From assembly GCF_006345805.1 (NCBI RefSeq), contig NC_042997.1:51026001-51090000 (forward strand): a stretch of DNA of 64,000 nt. The letters are read 5' to 3'. The notes beneath the pieces were generated by a model. The model ran no database searches, was not told where the DNA came from, and saw only the letters and a program-made list of their open reading frames with translations. Shown in pieces: positions 38,221 to 50,983 of this stretch. Origin of the DNA: Octopus sinensis (lineage: Eukaryota). Every line of letters starts with the position of its first letter. Within the stretch, counting starts at the first letter, position 1. The translations under genes and the position numbers were made by a program.

Positions 38221-38465
38221 CATTATACATACATGTGTGTATAGATGAATATATAAATACATTTAAATATCTATATACACATCTGGGCGATCTTTCTGCT
38301 ACTTGGATATACTTTAGATCTTATATTCGTCCAATTCATCCTAAATAACTTTGTATGGAGTGAATGGTTACCTCTATGGAAATATATACACACACATTAT
38401 ACATACATGTGTGTGTCTATATACACTTTTGGGCGACTGCTACTTAGAGATAACTTTAGATGTTA
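38221..38465. repeat. Satellite array, right part (resumes after the RTE insertion)
   Basis: One A monomer plus a partial B, continuing the register interrupted at 34930. Confidence 0.92.
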
Positions 38466-38471
38466 GGTGAT

Positions 38472-39178
38472 CTAGCAAAAAGGATGACCAGTTTGACTTG
38501 CTCATCCCTGTCACACACTCACACAGACACACACGCACCCTCACACACACACGTTAGCTTACAATTTTATTTATATATTTGCGTGTCTATGTGTGTAAAG
38601 AGGAAGTGGGAGTAATATGCAGAGTGAAATGGTAAAATATTTAGTTTTCTCGAATTTTTTCTGAAATGGGGGTGAAATTGAAAGAAATTTTGTATGCCAT
38701 GACCGAATGGAAGTACTTTGAAAAATCATAGGTAAACTCTAATTGAAGAAATTGTGTTTTTAGTAAATCGTTATGTATTTATTTGTTTCTGTTTGCTGTG
38801 TTTTTTTTTTTTGAGTAGTGGTTTAAGGTACACTTCTCTCATTTTATATAAATACTTTCATTTTAATCGTTGCACACTTGCAAAGAGAAAGGAGGAGAAA
38901 TTAGGGTGATAGCATCAGTGAAGCAGTTCGCTCCGTTTGTGTGTGTGTGCGTGTGCTGTAGCCCACACTAAGAAAAGCACTTGACTTACACACCACAATG
39001 TGAGTTTTCTCTAAATTTTGCTTAATTGGGGTTGAAATTTTAAAAACCAGACCTGGCACGACCCGATGCATTCTACTCTTAAAAATGCTAGGTAAATTGT
39101 AATTGAAGAAATCCTATATTGTAGATTTCTATAAGAGACAAAGGGAGGCAGATAAAATCTGCCTTTTATAATAAGAGA
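38472..39178 (-). mobile_element. Non-autonomous Helitron (~707 bp); partial second copy at ~2480-2737
   Basis: 5' TCTCTTATTATAAAA end at 39178; ctag plus an imperfect ggatga...tcatcc hairpin at the left (target base non-canonical). Confidence 0.65.
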
Positions 39179-40019
39179 TATATATATATATATACAGAAA
39201 AACAGATACATAGATGTATGTATGTATGGATGGGTGGATGAATACAAACATTTAACAGCCATTTTCCAAGCTGACATGTGTTGGGTGGTTTGACACGAGC
39301 TGGCAAGCCAGAAGACTACATCAAACTTTACAGCCTTGCTTCAGCATGGTTTCTATGGCTAGATGCTCTTCCTAATGCCAACCATTTCACAGAGTGAAGT
39401 GAATGCTTCTCATGTGACACCAGCAGCAGCAGCAATGAGGTCACCAAGTAACTTGCAAGACATGACTTCTCAACTGATAAGGAAGGAGTGGTGAGGGAGG
39501 TGGCTTTGTGCCAGGTGATGAAAGGATAGAAGTATGACAAAGTGATAGAAAGGCACCGCCTGACTGGCAGCTGTGTCAGTGACACATAAAAGCACCAACT
39601 GATCACGGCCATTTGCCAGCCTCCTCTGGCCCCTGTGCCGGTGGCATGTAAAAAACACCCACTACACTCACGGAGTGGTTGGCATTATGAAGGGCATCCA
39701 GCTGTAGAAACACTGCCAGATCAGACAGGAGCCTGGTGCAGCCTCCTGGCTTCCCAGACCCCGGTCGAACCGTCCAACCCATGCTAGCATGGAAAACGGA
39801 CGTTAAAAGTTCATGATGATGAGTTTGCTGTAGAGGAGATACATAGCAACCCCAGCTGGAAAAGGAAAAAGAGAAGAGAGAGAGAATGAGGGGTGTCGGG
39901 ACATATCCTCAAATTACAAGAAGTTATATATATAAGTGAAGAGGTACAGAATACGTAAATACTTATCTACATACATGCATATACATACACACACACATAT
40001 ATGAAAAGTTATATCTTAC

Positions 40020-40290
40020 CTTTCCCTTCAGTCCTTTGGTCTCTGCTGCTCCGGATTCTGACTTATCATCATCATCATCATCATCACCACAATCAGAAGA
40101 TTTTCCTTTATCATTGTCATAAGCATCACCATTATTGTCCACAGCATCTTCTTTCTTAGGAGATTCGTTTCCACTGACATCACCAGCTTCCTCTTCATCG
40201 CTCTCTATAATACACTTAGTTCTTCTCTTCTTTTTCTGGATAGGACTATCTGAGCAGCTATTTACTTTTTGCTGTTCTTTTTTAACTTCC
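40020..40290 (-). CDS. LIG1: DNA ligase 1, coding exon 3 (271 nt)
   Basis: tttctgcag acceptor, G|GTAAG donor, phase 2 to 0. SDSPIQKKKRRTKCIIESDEEE resembles human LIG1 [23 protein letters not shown]. Confidence 0.88.
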
Positions 40291-40760
40291 CTGCAGAAAT
40301 ATAAATCTTAGTGAACTAAAAGCTATACATATATAATATACAAAAAGACAATGATTCAAATAAACAGATAAAACATTGAGTTTTAATGTATAAAATATAT
40401 ATACATGTAAAAAGAGAAGGCAGACTTAAAATTTCAGATGATTAACAATCAAGATAAATATATTTTTTAATAGACTGTAAGTTCAAATCATTTGAGCACT
40501 ACTGCTCCTGAGTGTTTTCTATATTGAGATTCCCTCAATCTCATCTGTTGACTCAATACATATGTGTGTAAGTCATCTAAAAGTCCATAAATCAGGAAAA
40601 AAATGCACTTATATATCTGTCAATAGAGTGGGTATATTATTCTAAGTGTACAATATTATATATTCATTACCGCTGATTTTACCAATCAGTTTCACACTAC
40701 CTAACACGAAACCAATTGGTAAGATTGACTGTAATCGATGTATGATACTGTACACTTTGG

Positions 40761-40797
<37 letters not shown>

Positions 40798-41225
40798 TCA
40801 TCATCATCGTTTAACGTCCGTTTTCCGCGCTAGCACGGGTTGGACGGTTTCGACCGGGGTCTGGGGAGCCAGGGGCTGCCCCAGGCTCCAGTCTGGTCTG
40901 GCAGTGTTTCTACAGCTGGATGCCCTTCCTAACGCCAACCACTCAGCGAGTGTAGTGGGTGCTTTTATGTGGGGGGGAGGGTGCAGAAATATAGGGGAGC
41001 ACCAGTGGGGAGGGGTGTTCGGAGAAACGATGACAGGTTCTAGACAAGTAGAACGTAGGATATCACGAGAGGGGTAATGCATGGTGAAATAGCGTATTGA
41101 AGAGGGGGGTTCGAAGAGTAGACACCTATAATGGTGGTGGGAGAAGCGACATCCGGTATAGATGGAGCAAAAATATAGAGATATCTGGTATTGGTGGTGG
41201 GGGTGGGCAAGGGCGGGTGCACCGG

Positions 41226-41873
41226 GAATATGCGATGGTTGAACTTGACGGGCTGGCTTAAAAATGCTCTTAGCAATGGAAGGGGGGAAAGGAAGAGGGG
41301 GGGAGGGCAGACAACGTAAAAGAGGGAGAGAGAGAGAGAAGGGAATAGTGGAACCCCGCGAAAATCGGCCGCCATTGAAAAACCCCTGTATGGAGAAACT
41401 TAAATATAAATATCTATTCTGTATTTAGTGACACACGAAGCCGGAAACCGATGGTCAACAATAACTAATAAATTATACAGAATATGCAATACGAGGCGAA
41501 ACTGAAAATAATAACAATAATAATACTAATAAACAAATTGTCGACTGGGGGTCAAAGGGATAATACTAATACTAATAATAATAATAATAAACAGCTTAAC
41601 CACTAGAGATCAGACAAATTTGCATGAGAATATTACTGGTACAGATTACGGGATGAATTAGATTAGAAAGATTTTCTTATCTTGGGAACATTTCGTTTTT
41701 CGGCCTGACACGGCGAATATGCGAAGGTTGAACTTGACGGGCTGGCTTAAAAATGCTCTTAGCAATGGAAGGGGGGAAAGGAAGAGGGGGGGGCAGACAA
41801 CATAAAAGAGGGAGAGAGAGAGAGAAGGGAATAGTGGAACCCCGCGAAAATCGGCCGCCATTGAAAAAACCCC
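41226..41873. repeat. ~160-bp GC-rich direct repeats (41226-41386, 41715-41873)
   Basis: Near-identical copies separated by ~330 bp. Confidence 0.85.
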
Positions 41874-43129
41874 AATATATATATATATACACGCACACAG
41901 ATTTCAGTGTAAATGTACCACGACACACATATACATGATTAAACCCATGTCATAGCTAATTAAGGAGTTCTGTGATCAAAGGCATTCCAACCACAACCAT
42001 CTCATCTCAGGCTAAACTGTTTAATATATTATTCCTATGTAAGACAGTATGGTTCAAGTTAAAGGAGGCTTAGCAGTTATTTTTGGCAGATTAAAAAAAA
42101 CCTTCTAGAGCAGTGATGGTGAACCTTTTTAATCCAGTTTGTTGAAATTTTAATTTCTTCAAAAATCCTGTTATTGGAGTGTCACATATTCATTTATTTA
42201 ACCCTTTAGTATTCGTATTATTCTGTCACCTGTAATGCTTATTAATACATACTGTTTTGAATTAATCATGCATTATCTTGTACGTATGAGATTTTGATGA
42301 GGCAACTGATAATTTTTAGAGTGATATCATATGACTGGAGTAAAAGGCCAGAGCTGGCCAGTTTGAACATAGAACAGGTAGAATATTGGATGTCCCTTTG
42401 AACATTCTATGCTGCAGTAACTGTCCAGGGAAATCATCTTATATAGACAATAGATGTTAATCTGTGCTGTTTTTAGCACCTAACATCTATACAAGATGAT
42501 TTCTTAGGATGATTGCTACAACATATAATGTTTGAAACAATACACCCAAGTTGGATGAGGAAATTTATACACACACATACATATGTGCAAGCGTAGCTGT
42601 TTAGTAAAAAGCTTGCTCCCAACCGCATTGTTCCAGGTTCAGTCCCACCACATGACACCTTGGGCAAGTGTCTTCTACTAGCCTTGTTGAGTGGATTTGG
42701 AAGATGGAAGCTGAAAAAACCCTGTTGTGTGTGTGTATATGTGTGTCTTTGTCCCCACTATCATTGCTAGACAACCAGTGTTGGTGTGTTTACAATCCTG
42801 TAACTTAGCAGTTTGGCAAGAAAGACTGATAGAATAAGAATGAGGCTCAAGTACTGGCATTTGACTGAAAATTGTTCAAGGCGGTGCCCCACCATGGCTG
42901 CAGTCTAATGACTGAAACAAGTAAAATATAAATATATCTTGGACTATCGGCATCACTCCACCAACAGTTCATGTAGTAATAACCACATCATCCAATATAT
43001 TATTTTGAAGCCATTAGGGTGTGATTTGAGGGCGATTTGACAGCTATTTCTGGCACATCAAGCAACCAGATATAGTCTTCTTTACATGTGGTAAACTACT
43101 AATAACCCCTGAAACTGTTTTAACATTAA

Positions 43130-43349
43130 CCCTTTAACATTTAACCAGCCATAATCTGGCCAAAATAATCTACCTAATTTATCTTTAAACTGGAAAGATC
43201 TGGCCTCTTGCACTTATCTTACAATATTACTCTAAAAATAAACAATCACGTCACTGAAATCTCAAAGCTACAAGGTAATGCATGACTATTTGAAATCAAA
43301 GTGAATAAATACACATTACATTTGATAGAGAAATCTGAATGCTAAAGGG
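43130..43349. mobile_element. piggyBac-type MITE; related elements at ~8021-8240, 21140-21368, 42200, 46880-47170, 61410
   Basis: TTAA|ccctttaacatt...aatgctaaaggg|TTAA. Confidence 0.75.
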
Positions 43350-44519
43350 TTAAATGTGTATCAGAAAACCTAACTGAAAATAGCCACTGCTACCCGAAGA
43401 TAATTCAAAGATTAAACTATTCTGATACTTCGCATCTCCTTGAGTTAGAAATTTACATTAACTTTGTATTTATTTTCCCTGTACAAGCTAAGCCTGGAAA
43501 GATTTTCCAAATTTGATCATTTGCATATCAATACATACCATGGTTTTTCAGAGCAGGATGGCATTCCTATTGTCAACAATAAAATTAAGAGTAGATTGGA
43601 GTAACCAGTGTTATGCACCTTCCTACTTAGTGAGGACATGTAAAACAAAGTTGTCCAACATTTTAATTTCTGAATATCAGCTGCTTTTACAAATTCAGAC
43701 ACTCACAGAACTGATGGAACATGTTAAAGCAAACATAAAAGAGGAAGAGCTTCTTTTCAGACAGCAGACTGTGCTATATGTATGTCAACCCTCCACCATT
43801 CTATACTCAGTTGGGTTCTGTCTCTGCAGTGCTTGATGTTGCTATAAGTGAAAGAATTGTCACTGCTGCTTCTGCATGGCTGTAGCTTTGTATGTGCACT
43901 AACTACGTTGGATGATCAGCAAAATATGCATCAGAAAGTTGTATTTTATGCATTTTCAATTCTTATACGAATGTCAGCTTTTAACCCCAAAAGTTCAATT
44001 GACACCACTCTCACCGGCATTTATTTACCGCCTCTCTAACCCCCAGGGGTCAATATTGACCACTTTGGAGACTTCTGTTGTAAATGAACACTATCATCAT
44101 ATGAATGGGGCTGTGTTTCCAGTCTTCCATGAAAAACATGTCTAGCCACAGAGAATTATTACCTTGCTTGAAAACAGATGAAAGATGGCAACAGAAAGTG
44201 CATCTGATCATAGAAAACATATATATATATATATATATCATCATCATAGTTTAATGTCCGTTTTCCATGCTGGCATGAGTTGGACGGTTTGGCAAGCCAA
44301 TCTGTTCTGACATTGTTTCTACAGCTGGATGCTGTTCCTAACACCAACCACTCTGAGAGTGTAGTGGGTGCTTTTTACGTGCCACCAGCACGGGAGCCAG
44401 TCTGGGCAGGGGGTCTGGCATCAACTGTGTTTGGATGGTGCTTTTTATGTGCCACCGACACAGAGACATTCTGGCAACTCTGGCAACGACCCACGCATGA
44501 ATGAATGGTGCTATATATA

Positions 44520-45700
44520 CCCAGGCCTATTCCCCATTTTCTTTTTAGGAGGGACTAACCACAAGACATACATCAGGCATTCCATTCATTTCCCAGCTCA
44601 AAAATGCGAGCTCCATTGTATGCTTGGGTTAAGGCATAGAACGCAATCCCCAATATCAGCAGTGGGGACCGACAGCATATGCTGGTTTACCCCTGCCACA
44701 TCATGCTGGTTCTGCACCGCTTTGAGCAACATCAAAATTCACATCCATCCACAAACACTCTTCAAGATCTCCTATCATATATAAACTCCCATGTCTTTCT
44801 CATTCCAACACCTCTGACCACCAAAGTTTTCCTCACTCCATCCATCCACATAAACCGAGGTCTGCCTCTGCTTCTGCTGACTACCACTTCAGCCTTCATC
44901 ACCCTCCTCATCCATCCTCTCCATGTGGCCAAACCACCTCAATATTCATCTATCCATTTTGGTTGTTAGTTTTTCCTTCATTGCTGCTGTTTTTGCACCT
45001 CTTCATCCCTCATCCTGTCCATCCATGTCAAACCAACCATAGCCCTCAGATATCTCATCTCAAACACATCTAGTTGCCTCCTTTCCTCCTCTCTCAGCCC
45101 CCACGTCTCTGCACCATATATTATTGTCAGCACAATCACGCCTTCATAAACACCTCTTTTCACTTTCATACTCAACCTTTTATCTCTCAGTATACCTTTG
45201 ACAACTCCAAGTATCTTATTCCCCTCCCACATTCTATATCCCACCTCCTCAGCCAGCCCTCCCATTCACCATCACATGTGACCTCAGATACTTAAAAACA
45301 CTCACCTCCTCTAACATATCACCATTTAAACTCACATCCATCCTACCAGTCATCCCATCTCTCGAACATCTCATCACCTTACTCTTAGCCACATTCACTT
45401 TCAGTTTCCTCCTCTCATACACTCTTCCAAACTCTACCACCAGTTTCCTCAGTTGCTCTTCCGAATCCGCCACCAGTGCTATATCACCTGCCACTTCTCT
45501 CCTACCATTTGGGTTCCCCTACAAAATGTTCTAACATTTACCTCTCTCACCACATCATCCATATATAAATTAAACAGCCACGGAGACATTGCACAACCCT
45601 GTTTTAATCCCACTGTAACATCGAACCACTCACTTACTTCACCACCCACCCTAATGCATGCCCTACTTTCTCTATAGAAAACTTGCCACAATAATTTGTC
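44520..45700 (-). mobile_element. Degenerate RTE LINE of a different subfamily
   Basis: GLKQGCAMSPWLFNLYMD, KLKVNVAKSKVM, IIYGAETW across frameshifts. Confidence 0.85.
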
Positions 45701-46129
45701 TATTCCATGCAAGCAGACACTGAGTGATGAAAAGTGGATGCTAAATGATACATATACATGCATGCATGAAGGAACGCATACATATATATACATACACTGA
45801 CAAACAGATATAACAGGTTTCTTTCAGTTTCTATCTACCAAATCTGCTCGTAAGATTTTGGGTTGTTTGTTAGCATGAGACTACAGCAGAAGACAAAAGA
45901 TGTCATGCAGTGAGACTGAACTGAAAACCATATGGTTGAAAAGCAAAGTTCTTAACCACACAGCCACACCTTCACTTGTCTTTGATATATTTCTTGTTTA
46001 CCAAATTCCACTCAAAAAGCATTGGTCAATCAGAAGCCATGTCTGTTTAGTGAACTAACCACACAGCCATGGCTCATACCAATGCATAGTTTAAGGTCAG
46101 CCCTCATCAAGCAACTTTAATGTCTCAAG

Positions 46130-46448
46130 CAGTTGGTCTCAACTGAGATCTATATAACTCCTAGGGATCCACACAAGCAAAATAGTACATTGGAGATCAA
46201 CAGTAGTATTTTAAGGGTCTTTAAAAGAATTTTGCTTTAGGGCGTATTTATTGCAAAAAACAGGAAGGTTTCTTTCTCAAATGTTTTACATAGTTCAACT
46301 TACAGGAGATACTGCATGAAAAACAAAATAGGAATTTAGAAAAGAGCATTTATAAATCTAGTTTTAAACACCAAATGGCTCTGGGGGTCTACCAGAATAA
46401 AATAGTAATCGAAGAAGTCCATCGATAAAAAATGGCTGAGAACTACTG
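46130..46448. mobile_element. hAT MITE
   Basis: cagttggtctcaac / gctgagaactactg ends; TSD gtctcaag/gtttcaag (7 of 8). Confidence 0.7.
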
Positions 46449-47308
46449 GTTTCAAGCATTCCAACAATAACCATTCAGTCTAAGGTAAAATATCACAATA
46501 GTATGTCTTAATCGCAAAGGGTTAAGTTCAAGCTCATATACATAAAAATTGTTTCTTTTTGATTAGACACAAAAGTTAATTTTTTTATAAGAGAAAAGAG
46601 CAGCAGATCTATCAACCTCAGTAGTTTATCAATTATTGTATTGAATTTTTCTTTAGAAGAAAAGTAAATTTTAGGAAAATAAAAATAAGAAATAAGTGGA
46701 AATTTTACCGGTGAGTGTGTTAAATTATAAGGCACAAAAAGAAAATGACTCTCCCCAGACACAACAGAACATGCTTCAACACACGAACTCATATAAAGAA
46801 TCTTGCAAACCAAATCCAAAAACGTAAAGTAAAAGAATTTGACAACAAAGTAATGTCACATTCCACTGGTTGCAAATTTAAGCCTTTAGCTTTCAGATTT
46901 CTCTAAATAACATTGTAGAGTGTGAGATGCCATATCTAGCTGATCTGAAGATAAAACAGGTAGAATATTTTGGGCAGATATGGCCATTTTAAATACTAAA
47001 GGGTTAAATTATTCATGCATTGTCTTGCAGCTTCAAAATTTTACTAATGTGATTGTCTATTTTTAGAATGACATTGTAGGGTTGGTATGAGAGGTTGGAT
47101 TTGGTCAGCTTTGAACATAAAAAAGCAGAATATTTGGGCCAGATATGGCCAGTTTAAATGCTAAGGGATTAAAATGCCCGACTACTGAACATATCATCAT
47201 AAATCTAAGACTATTTACATTTAATATGAACACCTTTTCATTAACCATATGAAACAGAAAAGGTTTTAGGATAAAAGAAATAACATGTTAAAAAAATTAG
47301 AATCTGAC

Positions 47309-47410
47309 CTCTTGGAATCTTTTTTTTCTTTAGATATGTCTGCTTTGCTTGTTTTACTGCTGCCAGCATCAGATGCACGTAGAGTGTTTTGTGATGTGTT
47401 GAAATAGGAC
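47309..47410 (-). CDS. LIG1: DNA ligase 1, coding exon 2 (102 nt)
   Basis: ttacag acceptor, AG|GTCAGA donor, phase 2 to 2. Encodes SYFNTSQNTLRASDAGSSKTSKADISKEKKDSK. Confidence 0.85.
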
Positions 47411-50400
47411 CTGTAACAATAGTGTAAGAACACATGAAAATGTTAGTAACATTGTGTATTGCAGAGATAAAGCAAAAATACATGCAATAGTTCGTGTTGT
47501 GTTCAGATGCTATTACTGCTATAAGTTAAACAAATATAAAGATCTGGAAATAGAGATAATGAAAATGAAGGGACTGAAAATAGAAAGTCTCAATATAACA
47601 AGTCAGGAATAATTTTAATGTTGACATGCATGATTAAACATATATCATCATCATCATCATTGTTTAACGTCCACTTTCCATGCTAGCATGGGTTGGACGA
47701 TTTGACTGAGATCTGGCGAACCAGATGGCTGCACCAGACTCCAATCTGATCTGGCAGAGTTTCTACAGCTAGATGCCCTTCCTAACGCCAACCACTCTCA
47801 GAGTGTAGTGGGTGCTTTTACATGCCACCGGCAGGAGGGCCAGTCAGGTGGTACTGGCAACGGCCACGCTCAAAAGGTGCTTTTTATGTGCTACCTGCAC
47901 AGGAGCCAGTCCAGTGGCACTGGCAACGACCTTGCTCGAATGTTTTTTCATGTGCCACCAGCACAAGTGCCAGTAAGGTGACACTGGTAATGATCATGCT
48001 CGAATGGTGTTTTTAACGTGCCATCGGCACGGAGGCCAGCTTGTTGCTCTGGCAACGATCTCACTCATATGGTACTCTTAGCACTCCACTAGCATGGATG
48101 CCACATGACATATAAGATAGTATGACAAGTAGTGAAGAGTACTGTCAATAAAACAGAAAACACCAGAACAAGACAGTGCAGATCTAAGGTGTACAGAGCC
48201 GTGCTCTGTTGTGCAATGAAAACATGCAAAAAAAAAATTGATCATCATTATCATTAATTAACATCTTTTTTCCATGCTGGCATGGGTTGGGCAGTTTGAG
48301 AGCAGCTGGTAAAGCTGAGAACCATACCAGGCTCCATTGTCTGTTTTAGCTTGGTTTTCTGCAGCTGGATGTCTTTCCTAAGACCAACCACTTTACAGAG
48401 TGTGGCCTGGGTGCTTTTTCCACAGCACCAGCACTGACAGAAGCACCAAACAATTTGTAAGACAAAATGCTTACTATTTATTAGTAGGAGGTCAAAAGGC
48501 AGTTCTTATTGTTGTTAAGCAACAAGATGGGTAAGAGTGATTAGGTGATGGTCTAGGGCTTAGGGGCGGGAGACCCCAGACCTCGGAAAAACAAAAAACT
48601 TTAGTCATCTTGCTGTAGTCGGGGGCTCTTCGTTGACGCCCAACACCACTGGGAGGTGGCCCTCGAAGTCGCTAGAAATGGAAATCTCCAGGTCCAAATT
48701 CTTGAACGGCAGTCAAAAGGCTGTGTAGAAACTTCCTCCTCTTGATGTTGATATGACATGGATGCTGGCCTGGATCATTAATATCTATATCAAAGTTTGG
48801 AATACCAATAATTCTCACAAGAGCAGTGTTCTCATTAGTTATAGATATTCCACAGTGCATCCAAAAGGAAAGCATCAGAGGGAAAGACAATATTCATCAA
48901 TATAATTAACTGTGCCTCTTCATCTAAACTTGAAAATTCACAACCTCTGTTCTTCTCATATTTAATGTCTTACATATAACCAAGCCCGTAAAAATATTTT
49001 ACTTTTCACAGAACAGCAACCTATTCAAACCTCCTTTTTGCCCACACTTCATCTCGAATACTGACCAGCAAAAGTTCCGAATTTAAAATGAATTTACCTA
49101 TATACTAAAACTAGATATCACGGTGGGAAATGGTTTTGAGGTCAATCGTCTGTTTTAAATTAACAAATAATAAAACCAGAATAGAAAAGTGAACGTGCTG
49201 AAACTCTTATTCTCTTACACTTATAAAATGTCACATAAATGAAGAAAATAGAGTTTTGATACCTTTTTAGTGACACTATTAGCGTTATTGAGGAACTTTC
49301 AATAAACCAAAATCGTTTTGATTGTTACGCGGTAGAAGAGCAATTCTAATCATTTGAAAACAGACAAAACTGCTGAATTCATTTTTTAATTTAAAATGAT
49401 TTCATGAGTTGTGGAAATTTTCGTCGCCTTTCTGCGACCTGGTCACCGACACGGTTCCACTCCAAATGTGGAAGTAACCAGGTCACAGTTAGTGGGACGA
49501 AAATTTTGAAACCTCATGAATTATTAAATTAAAAAGTAGATTTAATAGTTGTATGTTATTAAATGACTTTTCCACGACGTAGCTACTTCTCGGATGAAGT
49601 GACTTTGCTAGAAAAGTACAGCTCCGAAAAAAAGCTTTCTTAGTTATTGACACATTTTAGTTTCACTACCAATAACACTGCCGTCATTCAGCTGCCTTGT
49701 ACAGTGGCATTAAATTACCAATGACACTCGTTCAACAAAGGACCACAAGTGCAAAGAACTGAACTTCGTGTCTTTCAGTGCCTCCCGCAAAAACACAGCA
49801 TTCTTCGACTGAAGCAACATAATCGCGTAGAACGGTTTGGATTCCGAGATAAAAAAAATATCTTGATTACGTTGCTAATACTCTTGAGAAATGCATGAAA
49901 ATCACACAACTTCATCACTCTATAGATTTATGGTTTAAATATGAAACAAACTCGACATATACTCCACAGTCCATGAATTGAGGTGGCTTTTCCGTTATGT
50001 TTTCTTCACTCTTGTCGCTACATCGCTCATTGGTGTATAAAGTGTAGGTCTGTTCGTATTCGAAGACATCATCAAGTGATGCAACACCAAAACATTTTTG
50101 AAAGATAACATATACCATAGTTTTCAAAAGACTATGGTGTTTGTTAAAAATAACAGGTGCCAAAATAAATATTTACAACAATCTAGATTAAGAGTTAACA
50201 GTTTATGAGTTCCGTTCGAAGCAGAACCGAAAGATCCACTAAAGGTTAGCTGCAAAAAATGTTCGAATTAAAAACAACGACGATCAAGTATTTTCTTTTG
50301 AAACTTTTCTGAAGAGAATGTTTACATTGTCAGAAATATCATATATTTATAATCCTAGTTTTCTGTCAAACAAAACAACTAATATTTGGTTGTGTTATTA

Positions 50401-50463
50401 AAATATAGCATTTAAACTCTTTATATTGTGATAACAATGTATATTACATAGATATATACATAC

Positions 50464-50480
50464 GTAATAAACGCCTGCAT
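50464..50480 (-). CDS. LIG1: DNA ligase 1, first coding exon (17 nt, MQAFI-T)
   Basis: Minus strand ATG CAG GCG TTT ATT AC|GTATGT. Phase 2 joins the next exon to give the PIP box MQAFITSYF (compare human MQRSIMSFF). Confidence 0.85.
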
Positions 50481-50586
50481 GTTTCCTTAATAATATTGCC
50501 AATCAACCCAGATTCAATAAAAAGCAAACAGCTGAGACGTTTCCAACATAAAAAGGGTCAGAAAGAAGGATTTCTCGAGCTGAAAA

Positions 50587-50596
50587 TTCGCGCCAA
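50587..50596. promoter_or_regulatory. E2F-like site in the putative LIG1 promoter/5'UTR
   Basis: TTCGCGCCAA about 107 bp upstream of the ATG, in a locally CpG-containing patch; resembles the TTTCGCGCCAAA E2F element. Confidence 0.4.
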
Positions 50597-50927
50597 CTCC
50601 ATGAAGTGTGATAAGCTGTTTTACTAGGCAAAAGAGTTCTTTCAAGGGAAGCAACTAAGACAAAGTTTCGGGAGTTTCAATTTCGTCCAAGTGAATAAAT
50701 ATATTTTTTAAGAAAACTGGTTATTTTCTGATAAGGAAAAAATAGTCTTCCACAATAATTTTATCGCGAGAAAATGCATATATATATATGTGTGTGAATT
50801 GTTTTCAAGTATTTTGGTTTCTCTGGGAGTCCCTTTTTAAAGTAGAAGAAATAGCTAAGGTTTTGGCTGCTATTTCTAAACTTCGGTATGTGGTAAAGCA
50901 AATCTTTGCTGAACCCTAATTATTAAG

Positions 50928-50983
<56 letters not shown>

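Noticed and set aside
43480-44050. ORFs 43513-43836 and 43848-44039, looking coding-like
   Set aside because: Multiple stops in all frames and no recognisable domain. It may be a very old transposase remnant but I cannot support that.
49560-50163. CpG-richer stretch and 82-aa ORF in LIG1 intron 1
   Set aside because: No recognisable homology or exon structure.
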